The position numbers were made by a program, and so were the translations under genes. Under the pieces are notes generated by a model. That model searched no databases. It saw only the letters and a program-made list of their open reading frames with translations, and was not told the DNA's origin. 44,068 bases of DNA from Mycobacterium sp. (GTDB lineage Bacteria > Actinomycetota > Actinomycetes > Mycobacteriales > Mycobacteriaceae): positions 1 to 44,068 of the forward strand of contig JBFYOQ010000039.1 of assembly GCA_041303735.1 (NCBI GenBank), read 5' to 3'. Shown one piece after another: positions 1-16,889 of the stretch; within the stretch, counting starts at the first letter, position 1; each line of letters begins with the position of its first letter.

Positions 1-1191
1 GCTCCGCTGCCCGACGGGGTCAGCCAGGCCACCATCGGTGTGCGAGGCGGACTCCTGCGCTCCAACTTCTCCGAGACCGCCGAGGCGCTCTACCTGACGT
101 CGGGCTACGTCTACGACACGGCCGCGGACGCGGAGAAGGCGTTCACCGGTGAGATCGACCGCTACGTGTACTCCCGCTACGGCAACCCGACCATCACCAT
201 GTTCGAGGAGCGGCTGCGACTGATCGAGGGTGCCGAGGCCGCATTCGCCACCGGCTCGGGGATGGCCGCCGTCTTCACCGGCCTCGGCGCGTTGCTCGGC
301 GCCGGCGATCGACTGGTCGCCGGGCGCAGCCTGTTCGGCTCCTGTTTCGTGGTGTGCAACGAGATCCTGCCCCGGTGGGGTGTGGAGACGGTGTTCGTCG
401 ACGGCGAGGACCTCGACCAGTGGGAGCAGGCGCTGAGTGTGCCCACCACGGCGGTGTTCTTCGAGACCCCGTCCAATCCCATGCAGTCGCTGGTGGACAT
501 CGCCGCGGTGTCGGAGATGGCCCACGCGGCCGGCGCCAAGGTCGTCTTGGACAACATCTTCGCCACGCCGCTGCTGCAGCAGGGTTTGCCGCTCGGGGTC
601 GATGTGGTGATCTACTCCGGCACCAAGCACATCGACGGCCAGGGCCGGGTACTCGGCGGGGCGATCCTCGGCGACAAGGAGTACATCGACGGCCCGGTCC
701 AGACACTGATGCGCCACACCGGGCCCGCACTGAGTCCGTTCAACGCCTGGGTTCTGCTCAAAGGCCTTGAGACACTGTCGGTTCGGGTGAACTACAGCAA
801 CGATTCGGCGCAGCGGATCGCCGAGTTCCTCGAAGGTCACCCCGCCGTCCGGTGGGTTCGCTACCCGTTCCTGGCCTCGCATCCCCAGCACGATCTGGCC
901 AAGCGTCAGATGAGCGGCGGCGGCACCGTCATCACCTTCGAGCTCGACGCACCGGAGGGTCACGGCAAACAGCGCGCCTTCGAGGTGCTCGACAGGCTCG
1001 CCGTCATCGACATCTCCAACAACCTCGGCGACGCCAAGACGCTGATCACCCATCCGGCCACCACCACCCACCGGGCGATGGGCCCGGAGGGGCGTGCGGC
1101 GATCGGACTGGGTGACGCCGTGGTGCGGATCTCGGTTGGACTGGAGGGCACCGAGGACCTCATCGCCGACCTCGCCCACGCTCTGGGCTAG
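1..1191 (+). CDS. metZ: O-succinylhomoserine sulfhydrylase (5'-truncated by window edge)
   Basis: Frame open from base 1 (APLPDGVSQATIGVRGG); Cys/Met PLP-enzyme motifs YSRYGNPT, ETPSNP, SGTKHIDGQG; resembles Rv0391. Confidence 0.92.
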   Translation, partial: APLPDGVSQATIGVRGGLLRSNFSETAEALYLTSGYVYDTAADAEKAFTGEIDRYVYSRYGNPTITMFEERLRLIEGAEAAFATGSGMAAVFTGLGALLGAGDRLVAGRSLFGSCFVVCNEILPRWGVETVFVDGEDLDQWEQALSVPTTAVFFETPSNPMQSLVDIAAVSEMAHAAGAKVVLDNIFATPLLQQGLPLGVDVVIYSGTKHIDGQGRVLGGAILGDKEYIDGPVQTLMRHTGPALSPFNAWVLLKGLETLSVRVNYSNDSAQRIAEFLEGHPAVRWVRYPFLASHPQHDLAKRQMSGGGTVITFELDAPEGHGKQRAFEVLDRLAVIDISNNLGDAKTLITHPATTTHRAMGPEGRAAIGLGDAVVRISVGLEGTEDLIADLAHALG

Positions 1192-1915
1192 CGGCCTGGC
1201 GCACCGCGTCGGCGATCGGCCCGATCCACAGTTCCCCATGCCCGGGTATGAGGACGTCGGTGCCGGCATCGGCGAGCGCGGAAAGGCTGCGGGCGCACTG
1301 CGCGTCATCGTGGTTGAACACCGACGGCAACAGTTGCGGTCCGCCGGCCCGGGCCAGCGGATGCCCGGTCACCAACGCGTCGCCACTGACCAGGACGCCG
1401 TCCACCACGTAGGAGCAGTGGCCCCCGGTGTGCCCTGGCGTCGGGATGGCGCGCGGCCGGCCCGGCAGGGTGGCGGCGATGTCGTCGGTCAGGGGGCGCG
1501 CGGAGGCGATGCCGTCGTGCACCAGGCCTCCCATCCGCGCCACCTGCAGCGACCACCGCAGCCACCGCGGTTGCCAGGCGTGTGCCAGCAGTGCCACCGG
1601 CGACGCCTGCTGTAGATAGTCGCGCCTGGCGTGGCCCACCTCGTCGGCATGGCAGTACACCGGGGTCCCGTGGGTGGCGGCGAACCAGATCGCCGAGCCG
1701 AGGTGATCGACATGGGCGTGGGTCAACAGGATCGCGCGAACATCCTCCGGCGCGAAGCCCAGCCGCTCCACGGACGTCATCACATCGTCACGACTGCCCG
1801 GCAGGCCCGCGTCGATCAGCATCACGCCGGTGTCGTCGGCGACGAGTGTCCAGTTGACCAGCGGGGTCTGCACCATGTGGACCTCATCGGTGACCGTCGT
1901 CAGCACCGGTGCCAT
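1160..1915 (-). CDS. MBL-fold metallo-hydrolase (Rv0406c-like)
   Basis: THAHVDH, PGHT and GDAL motifs; start MAPVLTTV at ATG 1915 with TACACT 6 nt upstream; divergent from fgd1. Confidence 0.85.
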   Translation of the reverse strand: MAPVLTTVTDEVHMVQTPLVNWTLVADDTGVMLIDAGLPGSRDDVMTSVERLGFAPEDVRAILLTHAHVDHLGSAIWFAATHGTPVYCHADEVGHARRDYLQQASPVALLAHAWQPRWLRWSLQVARMGGLVHDGIASARPLTDDIAATLPGRPRAIPTPGHTGGHCSYVVDGVLVSGDALVTGHPLARAGGPQLLPSVFNHDDAQCARSLSALADAGTDVLIPGHGELWIGPIADAVRQAASPERGRGRR

Positions 1916-1966
1916 CGGGTGAGTGTAGGGCGGTGGGCGCGCGGCCCGGTGCTGTAGAAAGAGGGG

Positions 1967-2977
1967 GTGGTCGAACTGAAACTGGGATACAAGGCATCGG
2001 CGGAGCAGTTCGGGCCGCGCGAGTTGGTCGAACTCGGTGTGCTGGCCGAAGAGCACGGCATGGATAGCGCGTCGGTCAGCGACCACTTCAACCCGTGGCG
2101 GCACGAAGGTGGGCATTCGCCGTTCGCGCTGTCGTGGATGACGGCGGTGGGCGAGCGCACCAAGCGCATCGTGCTGGGCACCTCGGTGCTCACCCCGACG
2201 TTCCGCTACAACCCCGCGGTGATCGCCCAGGCATTCGCAACCATGGGCTGCCTGTATCCGGGCCGGATCTTCCTCGGTGTCGGCACCGGCGAGGCGCTCA
2301 ACGAGATCGCCACCGGCTCCATCGACGAGTGGCCGGAGTTCAAGGAGCGATTCGCCCGGCTGCGCGAATCGGTGAAGGTGATGCGCGAGTTGTGGAAGGG
2401 CGAGCGGGTCGACTTCGAGGGCGAGTACTACCACATGCGGGGTGCGTCGATCTATGACGTCCCCGAGGGCGGGGTTCCGGTGTACATCGGTGCCGGCGGA
2501 CCGGTGGTGGCCAAATACGCCGGGCGCGCCGGTGACGGTTTCATCTGCACCTCGGGCAAGGGCGAGGAACTCTACGTCGACAAGTTGCTACCCGCGGTGC
2601 GCGAGGGCGCCGAGGCGGCCGGCCGCGACGTCGACGACGTCGACAAGCTGATCGAGATCAAGATCTCCTACGACACCGACCCCGACGTCGCGCTGAGCAA
2701 CTGCCGGTTCTGGGCGCCGTTGTCGCTCACGCCCGAGCAGAAGCACTCCGTGACCGACCCGAGGGAGATGGAACGGCTCGCCGACCAGCTTCCCATCGAG
2801 CAGGTCGCCAAGAGATGGATCGTGTCATCCGACCCGGATGAGGCGGTCGAGAAGGTTGCCGACTATGTCGGCTACGGCCTCAACCATCTCGTGTTCCATG
2901 CGCCGGGCCACGATCAGCGCCGCTTTCTCGAACTCTTCGAGCGCGATCTGCTGCCGCGGCTGCGCAAACTCGGTTAA
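1967..2977 (+). CDS. fgd1: F420-dependent glucose-6-phosphate dehydrogenase
   Basis: [44 protein letters not shown]; position just upstream of pta. Confidence 0.95.
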   Translation: MVELKLGYKASAEQFGPRELVELGVLAEEHGMDSASVSDHFNPWRHEGGHSPFALSWMTAVGERTKRIVLGTSVLTPTFRYNPAVIAQAFATMGCLYPGRIFLGVGTGEALNEIATGSIDEWPEFKERFARLRESVKVMRELWKGERVDFEGEYYHMRGASIYDVPEGGVPVYIGAGGPVVAKYAGRAGDGFICTSGKGEELYVDKLLPAVREGAEAAGRDVDDVDKLIEIKISYDTDPDVALSNCRFWAPLSLTPEQKHSVTDPREMERLADQLPIEQVAKRWIVSSDPDEAVEKVADYVGYGLNHLVFHAPGHDQRRFLELFERDLLPRLRKLG

Positions 2978-3016
2978 CCCGCCCGCGCAGGGTTTGACTT
3001 CAGGAATGCTGTCGAG

Positions 3017-5113
3017 GTGAGCCCCGCAGCGACGTCGATCTACATCGCCTCCCCGGAGGGTGAGACCGGGAAGTCCACCATCGCTCTGGGCATCCTGCAC
3101 CGGCTCACCGCGATGGTGCCCAGGGTGGGGGTGTTCCGGCCGATCACCCGCCACGAGGAACGCGACTACATCCTCGAGTTGCTGCTCGCGCATTGTTCAA
3201 TGCGGGGGGGCTCAATGCAGGGGGGCGACGCCGGTCTGTCCTACGAGGACTGCGTCGGGGTGAGTTACCAGCAGCTGCACGCCGACCCCGACGGCGCCAT
3301 CGCCGACATTGTGGACCGCTACCACGCGGTGGCCGACCGCTGCGACGCCATGGTGATCGTCGGCTCGGACTACACCGACGTCGCGTCACCGACGGAGTTG
3401 AGTGTCAACGCCCGCATCGCGGCCAACCTCGGAGCCCCGGTACTGCTGTCGGTGCGGGCGACCGGGCGCACCCCGGCGGAGATCGCCGCTGTCATCGAGT
3501 TGTGCCTGGCTGAGCTGTCCGTCCAGCACACCCACACCGCCGCGGTGGTGGCCAACCGGTGTGAGCCGGACAAGATGGAAGAGGTGCTGGCGGCATGCCA
3601 GGGGATCGGCCCCCGGATCTACGTGCTGCCCGAGGAGCGCATTCTGGTGGCGCCCACCGTGGGTGAGTTGTGCACTGCGGTGCAGGGCACGCTCGTGCAC
3701 GGTGACCACTCGCTGCTGGCGCGCGAGGTGACCGGCGTGATGGTCGCCGGGATGACGGCCGACCACGTCCTCGAAAGGCTCACCGAGGGCACGGCGGTGA
3801 TCACTCCCGGCGACCGTTCCGATGTGGTGCTCGCGGTGGCCAGCGCCCATGCGGCCGAGGGATTTCCGTCGCTGTCGGTGATCATCCTCAACGGCGGCCT
3901 CCCGTTGCACCCCTCGATCGCGAAGCTCGTCACCGGCCTGGGCATCCGGCTGCCGGTCATCGCCACCGATCTGCGCACCTTCGAGACCGCGAGCGTGGTC
4001 GCCGGCACCCGCGGCAAGGTGACCGCCGCATCCCGGCGCAAGATCGACACCGCCATCGAGATGATGGACCGCTACGTCGACATGACGGATCTGCTTGACC
4101 GGCTGGCAGTCCCGATCCCCACCGTGACGACACCGCAGATGTTCACCTTCGGGCTGATGGAACGCGCCCGCGCCGACCGCAAGCGGATCGTGCTGCCCGA
4201 AGGCGACGACGATCGCATTCTGGCCGCAGCCGGTCGGCTGCTGCGCCGCGGTGTGGCCGAGTTGACCATCCTCGGTGACGAGTCGGAGGTGCGGAGCCGC
4301 GCCGCCGAACTCGGCGTCGATCTGCACGCCGCCACCGTGATGAACCCGCGGACTTCCGAGCTGGCCGAGCAGTTCGCCGAACAATACGCCGAGCTGCGAA
4401 AGTCCAAGGGAATCAACATCGAGCAGGCCCGCGAGATCATGCACGACGTCTCCTACTTCGGGACCATGCTGGTGCACAACAACCTCGTCGACGGCATGGT
4501 CTCGGGTGCCGCGCACACGACCGCGCACACCGTGCGGCCCGCATTCGAGATCATCCGCACCAAGCCCGGAGTATCGACGGTGTCCAGCATCTTCCTGATG
4601 TGTCTGTCGGACCGGGTGCTGGCCTACGGCGACTGCGCGATCGTGCCCGATCCCACCGCCGAACAACTGGCCGACATCGCGATCAGCTCGGCGCACACCG
4701 CGGCTCAGTTCGGCATCGTCCCGCGGGTCGCGATGCTGTCCTACTCGACCGGTGACTCGGGCACCGGGGCCGGCGTCGAGAAAGTCAGGGCGGCGACCGA
4801 ACTCGTTCGCCAGCGCGACCCCCAGATGCTCATAGAGGGGCCGATCCAGTACGACGCGGCGGTGGACGCTGTCGTCGCCTCGGCGAAGATGCCGGATTCG
4901 GCGGTCGCCGGCCGGGCGACCGTGCTGATCTTCCCGGACCTCAACACCGGCAACAACACCTACAAGGCTGTCCAGCGCAGCGCCGGCGCCATCGCGATCG
5001 GCCCGGTACTCCAGGGACTCAACAAACCGGTCAATGATCTGTCCCGCGGAGCATTGGTCGAGGACATCGTCAACACGGTCGCCATCACCGCCATCCAGGC
5101 GCAGGGGTCGTGA
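3017..5113 (+). CDS. pta: Phosphate acetyltransferase (long form)
   Basis: N-terminal ETGKS, central PGDRSD, C-terminal RIVLPEG...[12 protein letters not shown]...PVNDLSRG; overlaps ackA start. Confidence 0.95.
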   Translation: MSPAATSIYIASPEGETGKSTIALGILHRLTAMVPRVGVFRPITRHEERDYILELLLAHCSMRGGSMQGGDAGLSYEDCVGVSYQQLHADPDGAIADIVDRYHAVADRCDAMVIVGSDYTDVASPTELSVNARIAANLGAPVLLSVRATGRTPAEIAAVIELCLAELSVQHTHTAAVVANRCEPDKMEEVLAACQGIGPRIYVLPEERILVAPTVGELCTAVQGTLVHGDHSLLAREVTGVMVAGMTADHVLERLTEGTAVITPGDRSDVVLAVASAHAAEGFPSLSVIILNGGLPLHPSIAKLVTGLGIRLPVIATDLRTFETASVVAGTRGKVTAASRRKIDTAIEMMDRYVDMTDLLDRLAVPIPTVTTPQMFTFGLMERARADRKRIVLPEGDDDRILAAAGRLLRRGVAELTILGDESEVRSRAAELGVDLHAATVMNPRTSELAEQFAEQYAELRKSKGINIEQAREIMHDVSYFGTMLVHNNLVDGMVSGAAHTTAHTVRPAFEIIRTKPGVSTVSSIFLMCLSDRVLAYGDCAIVPDPTAEQLADIAISSAHTAAQFGIVPRVAMLSYSTGDSGTGAGVEKVRAATELVRQRDPQMLIEGPIQYDAAVDAVVASAKMPDSAVAGRATVLIFPDLNTGNNTYKAVQRSAGAIAIGPVLQGLNKPVNDLSRGALVEDIVNTVAITAIQAQGS
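3197..3226 (+). repeat. In-frame 15-bp tandem duplication in pta containing G7 and G6 tracts
   Basis: TCAATGCGGGGGGGC / TCAATGCAGGGGGGC (14/15 identical) encoding [10 protein letters not shown]. Confidence 0.9.
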
Positions 5114-6252
5114 TGGCGGGCACCGTGCTCGTCCTCAACACCGGGTCCTCATCGCTGAAATACCAACTGGTGCAACCCGGCGGCGCGGTCAGCATCGTCG
5201 ATGGGATCGTCGAACGAATCGGCGACGATGGTGGTGTCGCCGATCATCAGGAGGCGCTGCTGGTCGCCTTCGACGAGATCGCCGCCCAGGGCATCGACCT
5301 CGATGCGACCGAACTGCTCGCGGTCGGCCACCGGGTGGTGCACGGCGGCCCGGATCTCTACCTGCCCACCGTCATCGACGACGAGGTTCTCGACCGGATC
5401 CGGCAGTTGGAGCCGCTCGCGCCCCTGCACAACCCGCCGGCCGTCCTCGGCATCGAGGTCGCACGCCGGGCGTTGCCCGATCTGCCGCACGTCGCGGTGT
5501 TCGACACCGCGTTCTTCCATCATCTGCCCCCTGCTTCGGCCACCTATGCCATCGATCGCGACGTGGCGCAGCGCTGGGGGATACGGCGCTACGGCTTCCA
5601 CGGCACCTCCCACGAGTACGTCAGTGGGCAGGCCGCGCAATTCCTCGCGGTGGAGCCGGAGTCGCTGAATCAGATCGTGCTGCACCTGGGCAACGGCGCC
5701 TCGGCGTCGGCTATCGCGGGGGGCCGGCCGGTCGATACCTCGATGGGCATGACGCCGATGGAGGGCCTGGTGATGGGTACCCGCGCCGGCGACCTGGACT
5801 CCGGCGTGATCGCCTACCTGTGGCGGACGGCTCAGATGGGTGTCGACGAGATCGAGACCATGCTCAATCGCCGGTCGGGGATGCTCGGGATGAGCGGGGA
5901 GATTGACTTCCGGGTGGTTCACCAACGGATCGCCTCCGGTGACGAGGCGGCCAGGCTGGCCTACGAGGTCTACATCCACCGGTTGCGCAAGTACGTCGGC
6001 GGCTACCTGGCGGTGCTCGGGCATGCCGACGTAATCACCTTCACCGCGGGTGTGGGGGAGAACGATGCCACGGTGCGCCGCGACGCGCTGAGCGGATTGA
6101 CCCGCCTCGGCATCGAACTCGACGAGCACCTCAACGACAGTCCCGGATGCGGTCCGCGCCGGATCTCGGCGGAGAACTCGCCGACCACGGTGCTGGTGAT
6201 TCCCACCGACGAGGAACTAGCGATCGCGCGAGCCTGCCTGAGCGTGATCTGA
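5110..6252 (+). CDS. ackA: Acetate kinase
   Basis: [54 protein letters not shown]. Confidence 0.95.
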   Translation: MMAGTVLVLNTGSSSLKYQLVQPGGAVSIVDGIVERIGDDGGVADHQEALLVAFDEIAAQGIDLDATELLAVGHRVVHGGPDLYLPTVIDDEVLDRIRQLEPLAPLHNPPAVLGIEVARRALPDLPHVAVFDTAFFHHLPPASATYAIDRDVAQRWGIRRYGFHGTSHEYVSGQAAQFLAVEPESLNQIVLHLGNGASASAIAGGRPVDTSMGMTPMEGLVMGTRAGDLDSGVIAYLWRTAQMGVDEIETMLNRRSGMLGMSGEIDFRVVHQRIASGDEAARLAYEVYIHRLRKYVGGYLAVLGHADVITFTAGVGENDATVRRDALSGLTRLGIELDEHLNDSPGCGPRRISAENSPTTVLVIPTDEELAIARACLSVI

Positions 6253-6257
6253 GGCCA

Positions 6258-9561
<3,304 letters not shown>

Positions 9562-9562
<1 letters not shown>

Positions 9563-10881
9563 CACTGGTACTCGCTTATCCGTGGCCACAACCCGAGGGC
9601 CACCGCCACCGCGGCCCCCACCGACAGCACCACACCGCCTTCCGTGGCACCCGAGAGCACCCGGCGCGCGGAGATGATATCGCCGCGCAGCTGGCGCCGG
9701 CTCTCCGAGATCCCCTGGGAGAGAGTCCCATTGAGGGCATCGAAAGCGGGCGTCGAGTCGTTCTCGCCGGTGCCGAGAGCGACCTGGGTGGCGGCCTGGT
9801 AGTTGCCCACCGCGATGTAGTCGTTTATCCGCTCATCGGCGCGCCGCCACTTCAGCAGCAGCTGGTCGGCATTGGAGAGCGGCTCGCGGGCGATCGCGTC
9901 CTCCCTCCCCAGGTAGTCGGTCAGCTGGGCGTGCATCGAATCGACCCGCTGGTAGTAGGACCGCTTGCGTACATCTTCGTCACCGCGCCGGATCAACGAC
10001 AACGTCTCGTCGGCCCGGGCCTGCTGGGCGGTGATGGCAAGGCCGGTCACCGTTCTCAACGACTGCGCCGCGGTGTTCTTCGCCGCGCGGCTACCCGCGG
10101 TGGAGACCGCCAGCGCGGTGCCCACCCAGCCGATGAGGATCGCGAACGCAAGACCGCCGACCACCAGACCGACATTGACCCGGCGTTTGGTGCGCCTGGC
10201 CAGCCACCGGTGGGCGAAGGCGCCGAAGAGCACCGTGGTCAGCACCACCACGATCACCGGTGCGGGGATCGACGCCGACGTCCCGGTCTCGGAGTCCAGC
10301 TGCGCCGAGGTCTGCTCGTAGAGCCGCTGTGCGTCCGGCAGGATCGTCTGCTGCATCAATCCCGACGCCTCGGACAGGTAGGACGACCCGACCGGGTTAC
10401 CCATCCGGTTGTTCGTCCGCGCCGTCTCGATCAGGCCGGTGTACACCGCCACTTGCGCGTTGATCCTGCCCAGCAGATCCACCAGCGGGGGATCGGTGAG
10501 CCCGCTGGACGCTCGGGTGACGGCGACGGCGGCCTCGGTGATGGCCCGTTCGTAGCGCTGGCGCACCGCTTGCGGTTCGGTGCCCGCGATGAATGCCGTG
10601 GCCGCGGCGGCATCGGCTATCGACAGCGTGGTGTAGAGCTGCCCCGCGGCGAAGGCCAGCGGTTCGGTGTGGTCGAGCACCCTGCTCAGCTGCTGCTGGC
10701 GCTGCGTGATCGTCGTGGACACGGCGAAGGCGGACAGGATGCCCAGGGCAGCCAGGATCATCCCGATGATCAGAATGCGCCCCGGGGTGCTGCTGACGAA
10801 CCACCACCGCGAGTGAACGGGCTCGGTCGGGGCCCGCTGCGCCAGCGGTTCGGTCGACGGGTGTGCCAGTTCAACGGTCAC
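9562..10881 (-). CDS. glnX: Membrane protein GlnX (Rv0412c-like)
   Basis: Starts MTVELAHPSTEPL; four hydrophobic segments with two large helical loops; first gene of glnX-glnH-pknG. Confidence 0.88.
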
Positions 10882-11004
10882 CTCGCGTTGACCTCACTCC
10901 CCTCGGGCGCGTTGTGCGTCTGTGAGCAAAGTCTAAGAGCACCGCCGCCCGATGGTGCTCTATCGACAGGCCCGGTCCGGCGCGGGTGCCTATCCTTGGG
11001 AACT

Positions 11005-13207
<2,203 letters not shown>

Positions 13208-13221
<14 letters not shown>

Positions 13222-14452
13222 CCCGGCGCACCGCGTAGATCCCGGCCCCGGCGGCGATGACCGCCACCCCGGCCAGCACGGATGACACCGGCAGGAACGC
13301 CGCGAGCAGCAGGCAGCCTGCGAAACCCACGGCCGGCACCGCGCGCCGCACCGGTGACTCCTCCAGCGTCCATGCCGATGCGTTGGTCACGCTGTAGTAG
13401 AGCAGCACCGCGAACGACGAGAAACCGATCGCCGCGCGGACGTCGGCCACCGCCGCGATTGCCGCGACCACCGCACCGACCGCCAGCTCGGCGCGGTGCG
13501 GCACCGCGAACCGGGGATGTACCGCCGCCAGCTGTTTCGGGAAGTGGCGATCGCGGGCCATCGCCAGCGTCGTGCGGGACACGCCCAGGATGAGCGAGAG
13601 CAGCGAGCCCAGCGCGGCCACCGCGGCGGCGGTGGTCACCACCGGCACCAAAGCCGAAGCGCCGCAGGCCTTCACCGCGTCAGCCAATGGCGCCGACGAC
13701 GTTGCCAGCCGTTCGGGGCCCAGCACCGCCAGCAGGCTCACCGCGATCGCGGCGTAGACCGCAAGCGTGATCCCCAGCGCCAGCGGAATCGCCCGGGGAA
13801 TGGTGCGCGCCGGATCCCGCACCTCCTCACCGAGGGTGGCGATGCGCGCGTAGCCGGCGAAGGCGAAGAACAACAGACCGGCCGCCTGCAGCACCCCGGC
13901 GGCCCCGCCCCAGCCGGCCTCGCCCCAGCCGGCACCGAGCTGATCCGGTTGCGCCGCGCCGGAGAGCGCCGCCACCGCCACCACGGCGGCCAGGACCACG
14001 CAGATGACGATGACGATGACCCGGGTCAGTGCCGTCGAGGAGTGGATGCCGCGGTAGTTCAGGGCGGTCAGTGCGACCACCGCCGTCACCGCGACCGCAT
14101 GCGCGTGGCCGGGTAGGAGGTACAGACCGACCGTCAGCGCCATCGCCGCGCACGAGGCGGTCTTGCCCACGACGAAACTCCAGCCCGCCAGGTACCCCCA
14201 GAACGGGCCGAGACGCTCGCGGCCGTAGACGTAGGTGCCACCGGACTGCGGGTAGCGCGCCGCCAGCCGTGCCGAGGAGGTGGCGTTGCAGTAGGCCACC
14301 ACTGCCGCGATGGCCAGCCCGGCCAGCAGGCCTGATCCGGCCGCGGCCGCGGCCGGGGCGAAGACCACGAACACTCCCGCGCCGATCATCGCCCCGAGTC
14401 CGATGACGACGGCGTCGCCGGTGCCGAGCCGGCGTGACAGCGGGGCGTTCAA
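13208..14452 (-). CDS. APC-family amino acid permease
   Basis: GAMIGAGVF in TM1, FFAFAGY, EEVRDP; many hydrophobic segments. Confidence 0.88.
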
Positions 14453-14461
14453 CGACAGCGC

Positions 14462-14719
14462 TCAGCGGCGCGCGCGCACCGTGTTGAGGATCAGGTATCC
14501 GAGGTAGGCAACCGCGCCGGCCGCCGCGAACTTGCGGGTTGCGGGTACGGCGAGGCCCACGCCCACGGCGGTCTCGATGCCGCCGTTGATGTAGGTGTAG
14601 CGACGGGTGTTGGTGGGAAACGCCGAGGCGGTGATCGACTCGAACGCCTGCGGTTTGACGAAGTGCGCCACGCCCACCGCGGCCAGGGCCGCGCCGATAC
14701 CCGAGATTCGTGCTGACAT
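14462..14719 (-). CDS. Small DoxX-like membrane protein
   Basis: 85 aa, hydrophobic, GVAHFVKP and NGGIETAVG; GGAAGAGG RBS upstream. Confidence 0.65.
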   Translation of the reverse strand: MSARISGIGAALAAVGVAHFVKPQAFESITASAFPTNTRRYTYINGGIETAVGVGLAVPATRKFAAAGAVAYLGYLILNTVRARR

Positions 14720-14744
14720 GAGGTCCTCTTCCTTTGGCGCTTTC

Positions 14745-16232
14745 TCAGTTGAAGCTGTAGTCGCTCAGCGGGAAATCCGAAGCCTGCCTGATGGCGGCTT
14801 TGGCCGTCATCGGACGCAGCAGCGTCGCCTCCCCGTGCGGGTTGAAGTAGTACGACCGCGCGGTGGCGCACTGCCCGTTGGTGAACACCGTGTCGCCGAC
14901 CAGTTCGGTCACTTGATCGAGGAAGCGGCCGTTGGCTTCTTCGGTGACTTCAAAGGTGCTGGCACCGCGGCGCTTGGCCTCCGACAGTAGGCGGTCCATC
15001 ATCCGCATCTGGTACTCCATCGTGTTGAAGAAGTTCAGTCCGATGAAGGCGTACGGGCTGGCCAGGCTCAGATAATTCGGGAAGTACGGCACCGAGACAC
15101 CCTGGTAGGCCTGGAAGCGGTTCTCCCGCCACCACTTTCCGAGATTACGGCCCTCGCGGCCGATGATCTCGATGGCGGGAATGTTGGCCTCCCACAGGTC
15201 GAAACCGGTGGCCAGCACCAGGGCGTCGATCTCGGTGCGGGTGCCGTCCGCGGCCACGATGGCATGCGGTTCGATGTGGTCGATACCGGTGTCCTGCAGT
15301 CGCACATTCGGTTTGGTGAAGGTGCGGTAGTAGCTGTTGGAGAACGTCGGCCGCTTGCAGCCGAAGTCGTAGTCGGGAGTGAGCTTGCGGCGCAGTTCGT
15401 CGTCCCGGACGACCAGGAACCGGTAGAGCTTGGAGATATCGGCCGCGCCGACGTTGAGCCGGCGAAACAGTGCTTGGCGGTGGTGCAGGATCACGTAATT
15501 GAAGAGTTCGTAGATCCCGTCGGTGACCGCACGCACGGCGCGCTGGGCCAGCGGGACGCGGGCGAAGAGCCGTTTGGCGCGCTCCGGATAACGGAAGTCG
15601 AGTTTGGGCACCACGTAGATCGCCGTGCGCTGGTAGACGGTCAACTCGCGGGCCTTCTTCGCCAACTCCGGAATGAGTTGCACAGCGGTGGCGCCGGTGC
15701 CGATGATCCCGATCCGCTTTCCCGCCGGATCGAAACTGTCATCCCAGTCGGTGGTGTGGATGATGGTGCCGTCGAAGCTGTGGATCCCGGGGATGTCCGG
15801 GGTGTGCGGCTGGGACAGGAACCCGGTGGCGGTGATCAGGTACTGCGCACTCAGCGTCCGGCCGCCGGCCAGTGCCACCTGCCAGCGTTGGGTTTCGGAG
15901 TCCCAGCGCGCGCTCTCCACTTTCGCGTTGAACCGGATGTGGCGGCGGACGTCGTACTTGTCGGCGACATCGTCCGCGTACTGCTTGATCTCCGCGCCGG
16001 TGGAGAACAGCCGCGACCAGTTCGGGTTCGGTTCGAAGAAGTACGAGTAGGTGGTGGTGGGAACGTCACACGCCAATCCGGGGTAGTGGTTGACGTACCA
16101 GGTGCCGCCCAGATCGTCCTGGCGGTCGAGGATGACGAAGTTCTCGAATCCCTGCCGCTTGAGGGCGATGGCGGCGCCGATACCGCCGAAACCGGCTCCG
16201 ACGATGACGACGTCGTATGGCTGCTCGGTCAT
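14745..16232 (-). CDS. Flavin-containing (type I Baeyer-Villiger) monooxygenase
   Basis: GAGFGG, GGTWYVNHYPG, FxGxxxHxxxWD fingerprint (FDGTIIHTTDWD), GTGATA, ATGF. Confidence 0.9.
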   Translation of the reverse strand: MTEQPYDVVIVGAGFGGIGAAIALKRQGFENFVILDRQDDLGGTWYVNHYPGLACDVPTTTYSYFFEPNPNWSRLFSTGAEIKQYADDVADKYDVRRHIRFNAKVESARWDSETQRWQVALAGGRTLSAQYLITATGFLSQPHTPDIPGIHSFDGTIIHTTDWDDSFDPAGKRIGIIGTGATAVQLIPELAKKARELTVYQRTAIYVVPKLDFRYPERAKRLFARVPLAQRAVRAVTDGIYELFNYVILHHRQALFRRLNVGAADISKLYRFLVVRDDELRRKLTPDYDFGCKRPTFSNSYYRTFTKPNVRLQDTGIDHIEPHAIVAADGTRTEIDALVLATGFDLWEANIPAIEIIGREGRNLGKWWRENRFQAYQGVSVPYFPNYLSLASPYAFIGLNFFNTMEYQMRMMDRLLSEAKRRGASTFEVTEEANGRFLDQVTELVGDTVFTNGQCATARSYYFNPHGEATLLRPMTAKAAIRQASDFPLSDYSFN

Positions 16233-16250
16233 GGCTTGACCGTACCGGAA

Positions 16251-16889
16251 TCAGCCGAGGCCGCTGTGGCGCAGCGCGGCGTCGACGGCGGTTGCCGGAA
16301 CATCCGGGACCTTCGTCACTCTCGTCGAAAAGCCCAAGTCGTGGCCCACGCCGGCGATCTCGACGATCCCCGCGCGCGCGGGGATCAGTGCCACGGCGGT
16401 GCGCAGTTCGTCGATGCTGCCGAACGGGTCGGATGCGCCATGGATGAAGACCGTGGGCGCGGTGATCGCGCCGAAGTGCCCGGTACGCGGCCGCTCGGGC
16501 TTGCCCGGCGGATGTAGGGGATAGGAGAACACCGTCAGCGCTGCCACCGTGCCGGGATCCTCGGCGACCGCCATCGAGGTGAGCCGGCCGCCGTAGGAAT
16601 GACCGCCGGCTATCACCGGCCCGTCGACGAGCGCGTGCGCCAGCGCGATCGCCTCGGCCACCCCGGACTGGTCATCGGCCACCGATCCCGAGGGCGGCCC
16701 GGTCGGCCGGCGCCGGCGGAACGGCAGGTTGTAACGCACCGCCAGCCATCCCCGGCGTGCCCACTCGTCACATGTCCGCACTAGCAGCGGCGACTCCCGG
16801 CTGCCGCCCGCCCCGTGGGTGAGCAGCACCACTCCGGCCGGCACCCCCGCGGGTGCGTGCGCGATCCCGGCGATCTGCTCCAACCTCAC
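16251..16889 (-). CDS. Alpha/beta hydrolase (Rv0421c-like)
   Basis: LTHGAGG, GHSYGGR nucleophile elbow, YPLHPPGK; GTG overlaps thiD stop (GTGA). Confidence 0.85.
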   Translation of the reverse strand: MRLEQIAGIAHAPAGVPAGVVLLTHGAGGSRESPLLVRTCDEWARRGWLAVRYNLPFRRRRPTGPPSGSVADDQSGVAEAIALAHALVDGPVIAGGHSYGGRLTSMAVAEDPGTVAALTVFSYPLHPPGKPERPRTGHFGAITAPTVFIHGASDPFGSIDELRTAVALIPARAGIVEIAGVGHDLGFSTRVTKVPDVPATAVDAALRHSGLG

